A stretch of 63,497 nucleotides of DNA, filler included, from Choristocarpus tenellus KU-1152 (taxonomy: Eukaryota > Protista > Phaeophyceae): the NCBI GenBank assembly GCA_964200185.2. It is 9 parts of 9 records of this genome, joined end to end, with 100 filler letters (N's around TTAATTAATTAA, not from the genome) between each part and the next. Parts side by side here need not be neighbours in the genome. Positions count along the whole stretch, not along the records: positions 5,822 to 11,927 come from CAXNAD020008921.1; positions 12,028 to 16,813 come from CAXNAD020013058.1; positions 16,914 to 24,154 come from CAXNAD020006479.1; positions 24,255 to 36,615 come from CAXNAD020001864.1; 5 more parts are not named here. The stretch is one strand, 5' to 3'. Below are positions 11,142 to 24,718 of the stretch, piece by piece. Each line of letters starts with the position of its first letter. Within the stretch, counting starts at the first letter, position 1. The translations under genes were made by a program, and so were the position numbers. Below the pieces are notes generated by a model. That model was not told the DNA's origin. It did no database searches and saw nothing but the letters and a program-made list of their open reading frames with translations.

Positions 11142-14100
11142 CTGTTGTTTGACAATCCATATACAGCCAGAACAGGACCAGTAGGTACCACGAATGGCAC
11201 CATATGTTTTCCAGCGGAGGCATGTGTGTGCATGTGTCAATTGTCGAATATAGTATTTCAGATATGTTACAATTTGAGGTTAGTTGAAAGGGGGAAGGGG
11301 GGGTGGGATGGGGTGGGGAGGGAAGTCTGGGATAGTGGGATAATTTACTTCAAGATGTACTTGAAGGGTTTGCTTTGATGTAGAAAGGCGATAGATTTTG
11401 TGGTAGTAGGGAACATGTTGCCTTTGAAGGTGAAACTCATACTAGTGGACGGCTATCAGCAATCCAGTACTCCAAACTATGACGGCTCTAAAAATGTACT
11501 GTAGTGCACTTGAAAAAAAAAATAGAAACGCTACAAAAAACAAAAATGTAGATTCAACAGCAAAAATACAAATATATATATATATATATATGTATATATC
11601 CAGTCCAATAACTAACGAGAGCCCTGCAAGTTCTGCAACCGTATTGGAAAGGCAAATGAGTTTCTGTGTACAGTAGTGATATGCAAGTACTAGCGTGCAA
11701 AATGGGTTCACTATTACCATGTCATTCTTACCATGTCACTAGTTTCTTGCCGCCTGGGAGCCAAATGGGGAGAGGTAGGGATCGCTGTGTTGCGAGTGGA
11801 TCATCACGAGAGCTATATATTCAATCATCCCTGCTCTCACACACGAGCAAGTACTCTGCACAGTTCAATTGAAGGTACAGGATACAGGGTACAGGGTAGA
11901 ACGATAGTCCATTGGAGTGCTGTACTTNNNNNNNNNNNNNNNNNNNNNNNNNNNNNNNNNNNNNNNNNNNNTTAATTAATTAANNNNNNNNNNNNNNNNN
12001 NNNNNNNNNNNNNNNNNNNNNNNNNNNCCCCACACACACACATATACCCCACCACAAGGAGGATCCTTTTGTTTGTTTGCAAAATTGAAGGGGAGAGGGA
12101 GGGATACAATTGAGTTATAGGATAGGGTTCAATATTGTACCACATCAGGTACAGTGCGACTGTTATTGTTGTGCGAGAAATCATTGATGACCTTTTTCAG
12201 GTGTACCTTGGAAATGTCAGGAATAGTTCTCAGTACCTCGTACTGTCCCAATGTCCCACCATCGGGTATGTAAGGAGGGTCAAGGTTAGGATAAGGATAC
12301 ATTATGACTGGGAAAAGAACCACTAAAGGTATATTGGGGTTAGGTTACACCTTGAGCAGTAGACCATCATACGTTACCATATCAACCCGCCAACCCACCC
12401 ACCCTCATATTTAGTTGTTGGTCACCCCTAGCTTCCCGGGAAATTGGCACCCCGTTGCACATTGGAGTCCAATTTACCTCCCTGCCTGCCACCTTCAGTG
12501 GCACTAATAGGGGATTTCCCGTACTTGGTTGGCGGCCCCCACCCTAATGGCCTATGTACTTAACAGGGCGGAAATAGGTGGCAAATGGAGTGCCATATTT
12601 TGTTGCTAAGAAAACAGTGCGTTCATGCTGTGAAGACTTCCCACTGCAAGAGTATTACCAGATGCCTCCCTCTCAAGAATAGACCTGCGATTTATGATGG
12701 ATTTTCGAGGGTTCTAGACGTGTGGGAAGCCCCATTGCAAAGAGAGGAAAGATGCGCTTTGACATGAGTTTTGAACCATGTCCTTATGTTTTATCGGCAC
12801 TGACTGTGTGATGTCATCCTCTGTCTCGCTGACTACAGATGGTTGGGTTTTGTAGGCGCAGGGAAAGGCCCTTTTTTAGTGCTACCCAGTACTAGTGGTG
12901 AGAGCGCGCTGGGTCAGGCGAGGGGACGAAGGGGAGGCAAGCGGTACCACAGTGTGTTAGCCACTCCATAGACTTGTGCTGCAGGGGGACATGATTTTCC
13001 TCTGTATATGCATTAACGCCCCCCTCAGTTGTGGGAGGCAGGCCTTCCTTGACCTTACCCTTCCACTCGACACTAACTTGTGACTGTTCATGTATAGTGT
13101 GTACTATACTTCAGGTAAGGGTGTGTATATTATAGGTTAGGTTTAGGGTTGGGGTTAGGTCTCTCTCAGTTTTGACGTTGCTGACTTATTTTGCCGAGTT
13201 TTGTTCTGGTGCTTGTTTTTCCACACAAAAAGGAAGAAAAAGATTCCGCTTTTTGTGAGGTGTAAGGACAGAGCTGGAAGACCTCACGGAGGATAACTCT
13301 GAGGGAGCAATGACAATCTAGACCTCATCTATTGCATACACTCTGGGCAGTATAGCTAGCCGCATTGATGTAGTGTTCAGGTCAGTACAGGCATGGGGGC
13401 TTGTGGTAGCAGTTTGTGCATGCACCGTTTATTATGTGTACAGTAGGTAGGAGTGGGTCAAACCAATTGAGAGTTTGGCAGGTTTGCATTTTAAGGATCC
13501 TGAGAAATGTAGTAGAAAGAGGCATTACTTAAATGTGGTGTCACCTTGTGTGTGGAAGGGAGAATACCAATTTCGTGACCGCTAATGTCCACACAGAGCA
13601 ATGCAATAGAGTGTATTGCGCAGTGTGGAAAAATATGGCTTGAAATGCAAAGGGGTCCAAACCTGCCCACCTCTCAATTGATATGCCTCAAGTGTGCCTG
13701 TTTCTGGATGTCACTGGCGGTACACTGTGATGAAAAATCCAGAGGGCCCTCTCTACTCCTTACTCAAATTTCGCATGAAATGAAGAAGCGACTATTGCAT
13801 GCTATGATACTACTAAAGGTGGCAAGTTTGGTCGTATTACGTTGGTGACCATTTGCAGATTACAACCCCATGTTGCGGTTAGTTGGGAGGTCTAATTTCG
13901 GATTGGGCACTGAAAATTTGGAAACATGAAGGAAAATTGGTTAAAAATGACTCTGAAGAGAACATACGATATATTTGGTGCATCTCCGTTATGGTATCCA
14001 TTTCTGTGCTAAAGCTGGTACTGCTGTAACTGCTGTTGTAGAAGAATGTGAAGCAAGGGTGGGGGTAGATCCTTAAGCCTTCACTTAATTGAGCGTAGGA

Positions 14101-17100
14101 CCAATCAGGCCGCTGATGTATCTATGTATATGCCAAGAGTCAGGTGAGTTTCAATTTATTGTTGACCGTTATATGCACTGATGACGCCAGCACAGCCCTA
14201 GCTGAAAGCAGTTTTTTCTTATTATTATTCCCGATTGTGATGAGCTCATTGATGGCCCAGTCCTCCATCAGTCGTATACGGGGATTGGTACATGGAGTTG
14301 GAGTGGTACACCCGTTGATCAGCCAAATCTTCCACCTGGCACAATGGGTAGGTACATTATACTACCTTTGGATCCACACTCCATAATCATGAATATCATC
14401 GTTGACTTGTCTCACAAAACATCAAAGAGGTGCATACACAAGCACCTCCAACAATTGTCATTGTTATATACATGATACGTTGCCGCAAATTGTGTAATTC
14501 ATTGTGTTGTTATGCATTTATTGTGGTCACTGTTTCATGGGTAGGTGACACGATCTATCACAAGTATCTAAACAGCTTAGACCGATTGAGGCATGACTAG
14601 CTATATCCTTACACATTAAATGTTAGGTATATCCTTGGATCAACTCATCAAGCTAAATACTGCTCTTGCAACAACTAGATTAGTGTGTGGTATTGGCTAT
14701 TGAGTACCATACTTGCTTGTAGTTTGTGGTCCTACTGAGTAGTACTTCACGAATTGAACGGAACAACAGCAGGACGGGAATTAAGGTAGATGAGGTGGAT
14801 ACATGTTGAAAGTATATCGGTTCTTGTTCCAAAATATATATTAGTACTGCACATGTATCCTCTCCACTGTTCAGCGTAAGTGCAACTCTCTGCTCCTGGT
14901 GGTTGCGTGTTTGGACCTGGTAAACACAATGCAACAAATGTTCCTCCTGCGATTTCTGGACTCAGCAACACAGCAATATTTCCAACTGTTGTTGCTTGGT
15001 CGCGAAGGTGATGCTCCCCTTGGATCCTGGTCACAGGTTGGGTGCTTCATCCTTCTCTGACTCGTTTTCAAAGTTTTTCGGTACACTCAATGTTATCATA
15101 GGTGTTGGCATATCATCTATATTGTGTTCGTTTGAATCCACCCAAAAAAGACCAATAAGGAGATTGTGATAATCTTTGTTCCTGCCGCTTTGTAGTATGT
15201 TCAACGGAAGAAAATCTTGCTTGCTTGAGACCTCGGGCAATTGTGTTGGAGCGACAGTGTTGTGTTGTAGTTTCAAACCAACATCCTGTGGAACCGTTTC
15301 AGTGGGTAGAAAGGTCAACGCTGATTTTGGTTAGATCACATGGTCCTTTCCTTTAACAGTCATATATTGATCCTTTTTTATTTACTTGTCCATACCAGAG
15401 TGGGAGAGAGAACTCAACAAAATAAAAGAATTCCAAGTCTCACCACAAGGCAAATGAAATGAATGGTGAGCGTTTTCAAACGTATTTTCCCTTTGTGCGC
15501 ACTATTTGACGAGTATGCACTGTCCAATGCGCTTCTCTCACGATGGATTATAATCACGTGCATGGACAAAATTTCTAGTCGATTTGAGAGACTTCCACTC
15601 ACTCCTAAATTCTATTTTCCATTCACAACACAAACATTCTTGATTTCGGTGTACATATACTAAGAAATATTTTACGCAGCATTAAACTATTTTGCCCTCT
15701 GGACGTATTCCAGATGGGTCAGGGAAAAGCCCAACCGATGTATCACAAGGATCCCCGAAAACATCTATGAACAAGAGTTTTCATAAACGTAAGATATCTC
15801 TCTAAAATCACTTTATTATTTGAATACCACCCATAATAATCCAAACACTCACTTCACGCTTGGAAACGATATTACTGTGGCGTCTGATATTTTGCTTATT
15901 ATGTATGAGGGGAAGAGATAATTCAATATCATAAGAACCCCTACATATAAAAGTAGCAGCTGTTGTAAATGCGAAAAATCTCTCTCCAAAGTCTGTTTCC
16001 CATTTTAGGCGTGTACTGTATTGTTACGTCCAATTCCAAACATATCGTATGAGTCATACCTTACCACCCACTAAACTGCAAGCCTATTGTACACGCTTTT
16101 AATGATGGTGATGAGCTTCCCTAGCTCCTCACCCTGCGTGGTGCAGGAATAGGTTTGAGACACAGGAAGGCAGTAGTACAACATAGATACGTAGTAGTAA
16201 AATAGGAAATAGATTTCACACATTTTTCACTTTTGTGACAACTGTTACTTTTTTAGGGATTTTCCAGACATGTGAATAGTTTTCATTAGTTTTTCCCCTC
16301 ACACATACACAAAATATCAGAGGGAATAATAATAAAATAATGGTAATGAAACGTTCGTAACAAGATTGAACGAACGAATCCTTCGTCGTTATCGTGTGAG
16401 GTTTGTCCAATGGAAAGACACTGCGTTAACTAAAATTGGATTGAAACTCTGGTCCACGAACTCTGGAGGCGTTTGCAGTGGGAGAAGTATTTTCACAACC
16501 AGATTCCGGTCAAACCTGCGTCAAAATGTCCATACCCTTCAAAGATGAAGAAGACGTGGAGAACCAGATCTATCTGCGTGCTCTTAATGCTCTCCATATC
16601 ATATTGAGAGGGCACGAAGAGGTGGCTGCCATCCTTCTCGGCGAAGTCGAGATCCCGCAACAAGGGTACGACTGCCCCGCAGGTGAGCGACTGGCAACTG
16701 ACAATTGGAATAGTTGATGGATTTTCGTCTTCTGCTCCAAACTACCGACTCGTCAGGAAGTCCGTTTGATATTGGATACCTGTGCATTCAATACTGAAGT
16801 GCCACATTACAACNNNNNNNNNNNNNNNNNNNNNNNNNNNNNNNNNNNNNNNNNNNNTTAATTAATTAANNNNNNNNNNNNNNNNNNNNNNNNNNNNNNN
16901 NNNNNNNNNNNNNCCCCCCCTCCCAGATACTTTGGGTCTAGTAGTTAATAAAATATGTACCATAACAACACTTAATATACAACAGTACCAACATATTAGG
17001 TAGTAAAACATGCATCATATCAATAGTTAAAGAAATATTTACCATATTAGTACTCCCAAGTACAAGTCAAACCAAATAGTCCAAATAGTCCAAATAGTGG

Positions 17101-17451
17101 TAGTACACTTAGTGCTGCTAGAAGCAACAAAATAGTAGTGCATTCATTCCTTTGATTAATAGGACAATAGTATACACAATAGTATACAATACAATACAGC
17201 CTACCACCATGCCAAAGTTCCCCTTAATGCGCTCAACTGCCCAACAAAATATAATTTATGTATTAATGACTCAAACTCTAGCCATATACAGTACTAACAA
17301 TCAGTTCTTGTAAATGTCACCACTCCCTCTCCCCCTTGAAGCACTAATTCTTCAACACATACCAAAGCAAATTATTGTACAAAGTAACTGGATAGTGCAT
17401 CATCATGATAATCATCATCATCATCACCACCCAAAGTGTTTTTGTTGTACT

Positions 17452-20222
17452 CTACCTGTTGTCCCTGTGGGTGGTCTAGTGAATGTGTGCATGTCATCAA
17501 TGTCACGGCGTCCAGATAGAGTGTAGTCAGGCAGTCTCACACGGGGTCCAACCTGGAACTTTGTTTCCAACCCCTGAGGGTATGATTGTCATTGATTGTC
17601 ATATGTGACACAGCAACATCCAGAGCTACAGAGTTAGAGTCTAGTCAACACCATCCAAGACAAGCATTTATTCAAGGGTGTACATTATTGAGAATTGAAA
17701 CGATCACCATACATAGCCAGTCTATATAATATAGTACAAGAGTATATTTAATTGCTGCAGAACTACTTACTACACAAATGACATCAAATAAAATAAAACA
17801 ATATATTACTAAATACTACATGCATAACAAACCAGTCACTAGATCCTTCCATACTGCGGAACAAAGAACATTCTTAGAACATTCTTAGAGGTTTTCATGA
17901 CAATACTCGGGAAGATAAGGAGAGCTGTAAGCCTGGACCGGGCAAGATGATTAGGTGCAAAATTAGTTCTTGTTTCACCTTGTTACTACTGAACATCACC
18001 ACAGTCACGTCAACACTCAAGATACACCCAAATATGGCACCAAAGAGTTGTATACAGCGTTAGCTACACACAGTACACAGCGCTAGTAGTAATATCACCT
18101 TAAGTTGTACCTTACTCTACCCTGAGAGCACCTCACAATTCACCTATTCCACTAGTACTTGATACTTGATGCGAACCACTGTCTGACTACAACTTTACCC
18201 CCTCATGCATTCTATGGACTGGCCTATGGACTAGAAGAGAACAAACAACACGATAAAGAGAGGTAGGTACTGAACATTACTGAACATTACTGAAGACTAC
18301 GGAAGACTACTGTTGTTTTATTGCATTCCCAGTGGAACCCCTTTAAATCTTCAATCTTCAACCTTTCCTCATAGAGAAATGTGACTATTCTTGATAGTAA
18401 CATTCATTTACAATTGATGTATTTTTGATTACTTCCCCCAATAAACAAAAAGGTCCTGTATAGTTTTGCACATGTCCCAAATTCATGACAAAATAACTAT
18501 ACAAGGTAAACATCGTCCACTCTAAATAATGTTCGGCATACCCCCTTGTAGAGTACTTTGTAGAGTACTCTGCTGGTATGGTAGTAAAGACATGTATTCA
18601 ATATGCACTGTACTTAGCAACAATAGCAGTTGTAGCAGCAACAATATTAGTAACAAGGGGGGTATGATTTAACTACGCTTTGAGTCAACTCTAATGTTAT
18701 TATATATAAAATAGGTCTTCCCAAGTATTACCGCCTGATAATGACATACAATAACCCTCCCACCATATCGCCAACAACACTCAAAGCTACAACACTACAC
18801 AACATCTATACCTACAGAACAACAACAGCATCATATGAAGCAGTACTAATGGCAGTAGAAGGATCATTAAAACTATTTATCAGTACTAATGGCAGTAGCA
18901 TTATTATTAAAACTATTTATCAGTACTAATGGCAGTAGCAGTATCATTAAAACTATTAATAAACAAAAGTAGCACATTATCAGTGAAGGTGAAGGTACTT
19001 CAAACCAACAATCACATCACTAGTGAAGACTCAAAGGACAAAACCCCCATCTCAGCAGTCACACTCTTTACTGCACATACTGCATACACTGCATGTTACA
19101 AATAATACTATTAGTACAATCAATATGTCTTGGGTCTTTTATTTTTACAACTTTTTTTCAATAGTGATATAGTTCACCTTGTCACCTTGTAAGAGAAAAA
19201 AAATCAACAGACTTTAATTCCTTTGTTCTTCAGTTACACCTACAGAGACGACTTCATATGTGAACCTCCAAGAAGTCATCAAAGTTATCAAAGTCATCAA
19301 AATGTATAATCCATAATGACCATAGTAGGCAACCAACTCAGAACAATAAATCTAAAAACAAGGTATGGTAGTGAGGAATCAAACTAAAACAACATGGCCA
19401 CATTAATGATATGCACAATGTGTATGGGCATTGCCTGACCTCCCAAATGATATGACAATCCAACCCACACCACAACCAAAGTTGAGGTAAGACAAGGTAC
19501 TCCCCAATGCTTACACTTACAAGGTGACCTCATGACTTCCCTGAGCACATGGGTAACACATTTGACCAGTGTTTCTAGCTAGTACAGCAACCAATCTTGC
19601 ATAGTTATTTTTACTTTGCAATATTATTATTATTGTAATTATTATTACTATTACTATTCCATAGTTGTAAGGAGTTTATTAATATGAAACAGGTACAGCA
19701 TAAGTTCAAATTTAATGTAGATGTACCAAATCATCCACTAATTAATTAAATGACATGCAACTTACGTAGTTGTCATCTATCATTCGTTACACAACACCCT
19801 AGGAAAATACAACTATTACTACTAAGAATAATAGTAGTAGTAGTTCTAGTACTAGTAGTGATAGTAGTACTTGAAACCGAAATATGAAAAGTAACAAAAA
19901 AATAAACAAAAAAAAAGGGTGGGGCAGATCATGGCCTAACCTGCCCTCTGTCGTACTACCCTTGAGTCAATATCAGAGGTTCAGAGACCATCTCTGCCAT
20001 GAGTACAGCAAGCTGTAGTAGTAGAAGTAATAATAATAGAAATAATAATAGGAATAATAACAATAACAATAACAATAATAACTTTCTCACCCCCATCTTG
20101 ACAACCATGCTTTCCTCCTCCACAATGTTTCCATTGGGAAATCTCCTCTTGACAGTCTTCACAATCAACTCCCCGACATCTGCTCCTTTCTCCATACCAT
20201 CCCATGCCTTCCACACGCTAGG
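17452..20222 (-). CDS. Possible exons of an unidentified gene (e.g. ~20222-20091 PSVWKAWDGMEKG..., ~17570-17455 GLETKFQVGPRVRLPDY...)
   Basis: GC-richer open segments bounded by polypyrimidine-AG and GT sites inside AT-rich, intron-like DNA. No recognised domain. Confidence 0.35.
18841..18960. repeat. 40-bp tandem repeat x3
   Basis: CAGTACTAATGGCAGTAG..ATTAAAACTATT.AT at 18841, 18881 and 18921. Confidence 0.95.
20027..20081. repeat. (AAT/AAC)n microsatellite
   Basis: Directly visible. Confidence 0.9.
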
Positions 20223-20404
20223 CTGAAAATACAACCACAAAATACAACCACGTTACAACCAAATGGAAATTAGAGTGCAATTGAGTGCTATCAAATAAAC
20301 CAAGTGCATTCAAATACAACCAAAGTGGTTTGCTGCAGGTGGACACAATTCCAAAATATTTGAGCACGAACTGGTTCTTGATGGGATATTGAGCATTGCA
20401 ATTT

Positions 20405-20680
20405 TTGATGTAACAAAAACATAAATGTATGTATTTATATCATGGTACTCTACACACTAAAACTATCCATTATACTTGGATATGTTTGATAATATCATGT
20501 TTGACGTGATTCTTACGGATGAATCACAAATAAAATAAAAAATTGATGTAACAAAAACATAAATGTATGTATTTATATCATGGTACTCTACACACTAAAA
20601 CTATCCATTATACTTGGATATGTTTGATAATATCATGTTTTACGTGATTCTTACGGATGAATCACAAATAAAATAAAATA
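20405..20680. repeat. Near-perfect 138-bp tandem duplication
   Basis: Units start at 20405 and 20543, with a single G/T difference in the body. Confidence 0.95.
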
Positions 20681-23600
20681 AAATATTGAATGCAACAAAT
20701 CCATTGGTACCTCCTTCATTAACCATCTCGGCTCTATCTCAGCTACACATGAGGCAAAATAGGGGCACAACAAATACTAGTGTGATGGATGGAAAAAATG
20801 GAAGTTTTGATGTATTGAATTCTAGAATTGTACTGCTGCTCTTCTTGTGCAACCACAATTTCTTATTAAGATAAAATTTGATAATTAAGATCAAGTCTCT
20901 GAGGAAATGTTAAAAATTAGACTTGTCCTTCCACCCCAGTGGTTCATAACTATTCATTGAAGGCAATGGTTACATTTACATGACCTCATAAATGTTGCAA
21001 ACCATGGTACTGTCAGCACTACAGTGACTGTTGGTCTAGTAAAATGGCATGCTGTACTCATCTTCCAAAAGGCAACTCAGACTGTCCTTAGTGCAGTGAG
21101 TAGAGCAAAAGATACATAACACAACTTCGATAATGATGTTTTCATTTCAGTGTCCAGTTGAGAGAAGATATTGAAGAGCACCATTGCACACATGAAACCA
21201 AGAGCACTTCAAAGGCAGTTGGCAAGATAATGAGATGGACCACATTCACAACAACAAACAAAACCAAAACATCATTAGTGTTCAAATAGGTTTCCAGTAC
21301 TGATTAATTCTGATTAATTCTGGCAAATACCACAGAAACAATTAAACTGAAAAGTAACATGGTAGATACAATAGTGCACCAACTTGTAGATGCTTGTAGT
21401 CCCAAGGTTGTTCCAAAGTAGTTCGCTCTGTTTATCAACGAAATTTCAAAGCTTGATACCAACCAAAGATAACGAAAATTATGTAAGATAGGTATCACAC
21501 ACTGTACAACAACGCCATTTACTGCAAAAAAATATTTGACACCAATCATCAATACTGTCCGTGTCACAGGTGTGGTCAACACATACTTCATGTAGAGAGA
21601 TGTCACATTATCAATCCATTGCAGTTATCTCACACAGTTACTACACACAACCGAACAGGCAATATGGAAATGTGTCTATCCGGTCCACCCACCGCAATTT
21701 TCACAAGCCAGCTCTCGTCAAAGGCTTGATCCAAAGACACCTCATTCTTCGGGACCTTCTTGGGAACCTGCATAACACCGACCAGGACAAGAAAATTCTC
21801 GGTTACAAGGAGATACGAAACATACCATCAAGGGTACATCCACCTATAAATGTCACCTCTTGAAGCAGGCAGCGAAATGAAACACACCGAAAACGAGGTC
21901 ACAGGTCAAGTTGGCATCCCAAGGTGGTCAAGTTCAACACGCTGACTTGGGGGGTTACTTTTGAGCGCGCCTTCAATCGATGGACGTTTAATAGATTTGT
22001 TTTGTTCTCTTAATCAACTAATATTACAAATGACAAGGATACTTGGAATGGATGGACCATCAACTTGCCTCGGGCGCATCGATTCCCACCGCCTCGAGTG
22101 CGCGTTCACGTTTGGACAACATCGATTCTACTGCAGTCCCTCGCTTCAGTTACAGCACCCTGCACCAGAGGTGTAGAGAAAGGATTCATTACAATAACGC
22201 TTCCAGTAGGTGATGACCCAAATTATGTTATAGAAGTGAGTTGTAAATCTGGTATGCTACATTCCACCAGTTGGTTGAGAGCTGTTGCGCAAGGACTGCA
22301 AGAAGTCGAAGATTATTATCTTGTTTCTTACCAGGTGGTGCGCTCTCTACTCCTCTATGACAATGTGCCTCCAACCTTTGTGCAAACTCTACCATTATAT
22401 CACATCAAGGTGAATGCTATGGTTGTGGAGTTCGACTCTTTGCATGGCATTTTCATCTTGTCCAAATTGAGTGAGAGAAGAAGTGAGAAAATCCTCGATG
22501 AGAAATAGTACATGAGACGGGACCATCTAGGAGAAAGGTTGGGGTGAAATGTGTTTTAACAGCACCACTCCAGGGCCATCCGATAGTACAACCAGACCAG
22601 ACGGCGGACCAACCTGGGTTAAATATGTCTTCAACAGGGTTGGACCGAGTCATGGAGCATTCGAGTAGAAATCCTAACCCTATATTATGTACCTCTAATC
22701 CTCAATCTTTTATTTTAATTGGTACTAATTGGCGGCATTGTTGGCCCAGAATGTAACTTTCTTGTATGTCGTCTAAGAACGCCCTGCACTATTACTACAT
22801 TAGAATCCCCATGTTGACCTCTTTGAAGGTCGAAGTTATACACAGACAGACCCCACAAGTACACATGTAGTACGCTCATTAATACCTCAATCAACTTTTG
22901 TACGGGCCGGCATAGCCTACACCCGACATAACCCACCCCTTCTACCCAGGCACACGCTGTATATTGGGGCCTAATGGGGCCTAGAAGAGTTTGGGTAGGC
23001 TAAAGTCGACCTCATTGCGTGGCTATGCACTCCTTCCATGCTTTTGTTGTAGTGCCTCAGAAGGGATTTTATACTCAAATGGAAAAGGAGGGTAGGACTG
23101 GAACTGGACAAACATATATGGTTCTGATTCAGGTTCTGTTCAGAAAAACAAGCACTTGGCAAATGATCAACTTTGGGGTAATACGAAAATTCTTCCAGTT
23201 GCCAAACCGTCAACAAAACACTATTGTGTTCCTAAACCAAAACAAATACATGTTACAAAAACCAATACTATCAACTTTCCAAAAAGATCGCTGTTCAAGG
23301 ACAAAAAGACCAGTACGAGTTCTCAAAGAACCCTTGGTCCACTGAACGCATTGTTTACGGTACAGTCGGTGTACCTATATAAGAGAGGGTGAATTGCTTT
23401 ATCACGACTCTTCAGGCTATGAGAGAGGTTTCGGCGTTTTCCTGACAATTCTCTCTTATATCAAGCAAACTCACATTTTTGTTCACTACTTGATCAAGGG
23501 GTTTCCTAAAAGGTCATGTCTAAGGTTCGGCGAAATATAACAAAATAAATCACAACACTACTCAAGATCAGTAGGACAAAGCATAGCAGTCTCTTATCTC

Positions 23601-23959
23601 TCAATACTGCACAATACAGTACGTACAGTACATCACATCAAGTTTAGACGACTGCATTCTAGAGATATAATGATGCCCTGCGCAGGGGGATCCAGCTGCA
23701 ACATACAGGGTAATACCTTTGGTCTGTCACACTATACATGCCGTAAGTGTCTCGTTTGTAGCGGCTATCTTTATGGCATTTGCGGCTTCGTGGATCCACT
23801 TTGGCTCCAGCTTGTAGAAATTGTGAGCTCCACCAAGCGCAAGGCTTTGAGTCCTCCAAGTGGTGACAACACGGCATCGAAGCGCCACAAAAACAAGAAC
23901 AAGGGTAAGGTGCTGCCAAATATATCTACGGAGAAAGCCTCTCCCTACAAGCCTTGTGG

Positions 23960-24052
23960 TGCCGACAATTGTAAACGTTTGAGCTTTGCAGAGAAGGTGG
24001 AAATGTTGAGACTCCTGAAGACCATGACAGGAACTGCGGTTGCTCAAAAATT
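23960..24052 (+). mobile_element. Possible pogo/Tigger (CENP-B-like HTH_psq) transposase N-terminal fragment, truncated by MITE ends
   Basis: KRLSFAEKVEMLRLLKTMTGTAVAQK resembles the HTH_psq/CENP-B_N pattern and is preceded by a basic NLS-like stretch. Confidence 0.45.
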
Positions 24053-24154
24053 GAGAGAAAGTATCTTAGAGGGTACGAGTTTCGGGGTCAAAGTATCTTG
24101 GGGGGGGTGTCGGCGTCCGTTTTTCACCCTTTTTTCGATTTTCCCTTTTTTGGT
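24053..24154. mobile_element. MITE A end immediately followed by a related GGGTCAAAGTATCT-terminated element end (nested, cut by gap)
   Basis: GAGAGAAAGTATCTTAGAGGGTACGAGTTT followed by GGGTCAAAGTATCTTGGGGGGGG. Confidence 0.75.
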
Positions 24155-24718
24155 NNNNNNNNNNNNNNNNNNNNNNNNNNNNNNNNNNNNNNNNNNNNTT
24201 AATTAATTAANNNNNNNNNNNNNNNNNNNNNNNNNNNNNNNNNNNNNNNNNNNNTCTCTCTCCCTACCGGGCGCTCGTCCGAGGTGAACAGGTAAAAAGG
24301 GGGGGGGGGGGGGAGTGGTAAAACCACTCAGCAAGTGGGTGGGGTAAGGATTTCAACCGTTTACCATCAAGAGACACCAGAGAAATAAGAAAATACTGTG
24401 TTAGTGGCATACGTAAACAGGCTCTCTCCAGCATAAACATACCCATAAAATTACCCTAATACTTTTTGTAAAATTTCAAATATAAATATACACCTCATGA
24501 ACACCATACTTCAAAACAAGACACAAAAATATAAAGCAACAGTAACATCAACATGAAAGGGGATGTAGTAACACAGGACATGACTATGAAAACATACATA
24601 GTGTATCATACAAAAGATGCGTTCTATCAAAGACAAAGACAGACAGCAACGCCTCCTGGCACATGAAGATAAGATAGGACACTTCACCACATGAAATTGT
24701 AGTATATACAAGAACAGT

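Noticed and set aside
20405-20680. 138-bp duplication as a functional element
   Set aside because: Simple recent tandem duplication or assembly echo with no internal structure.
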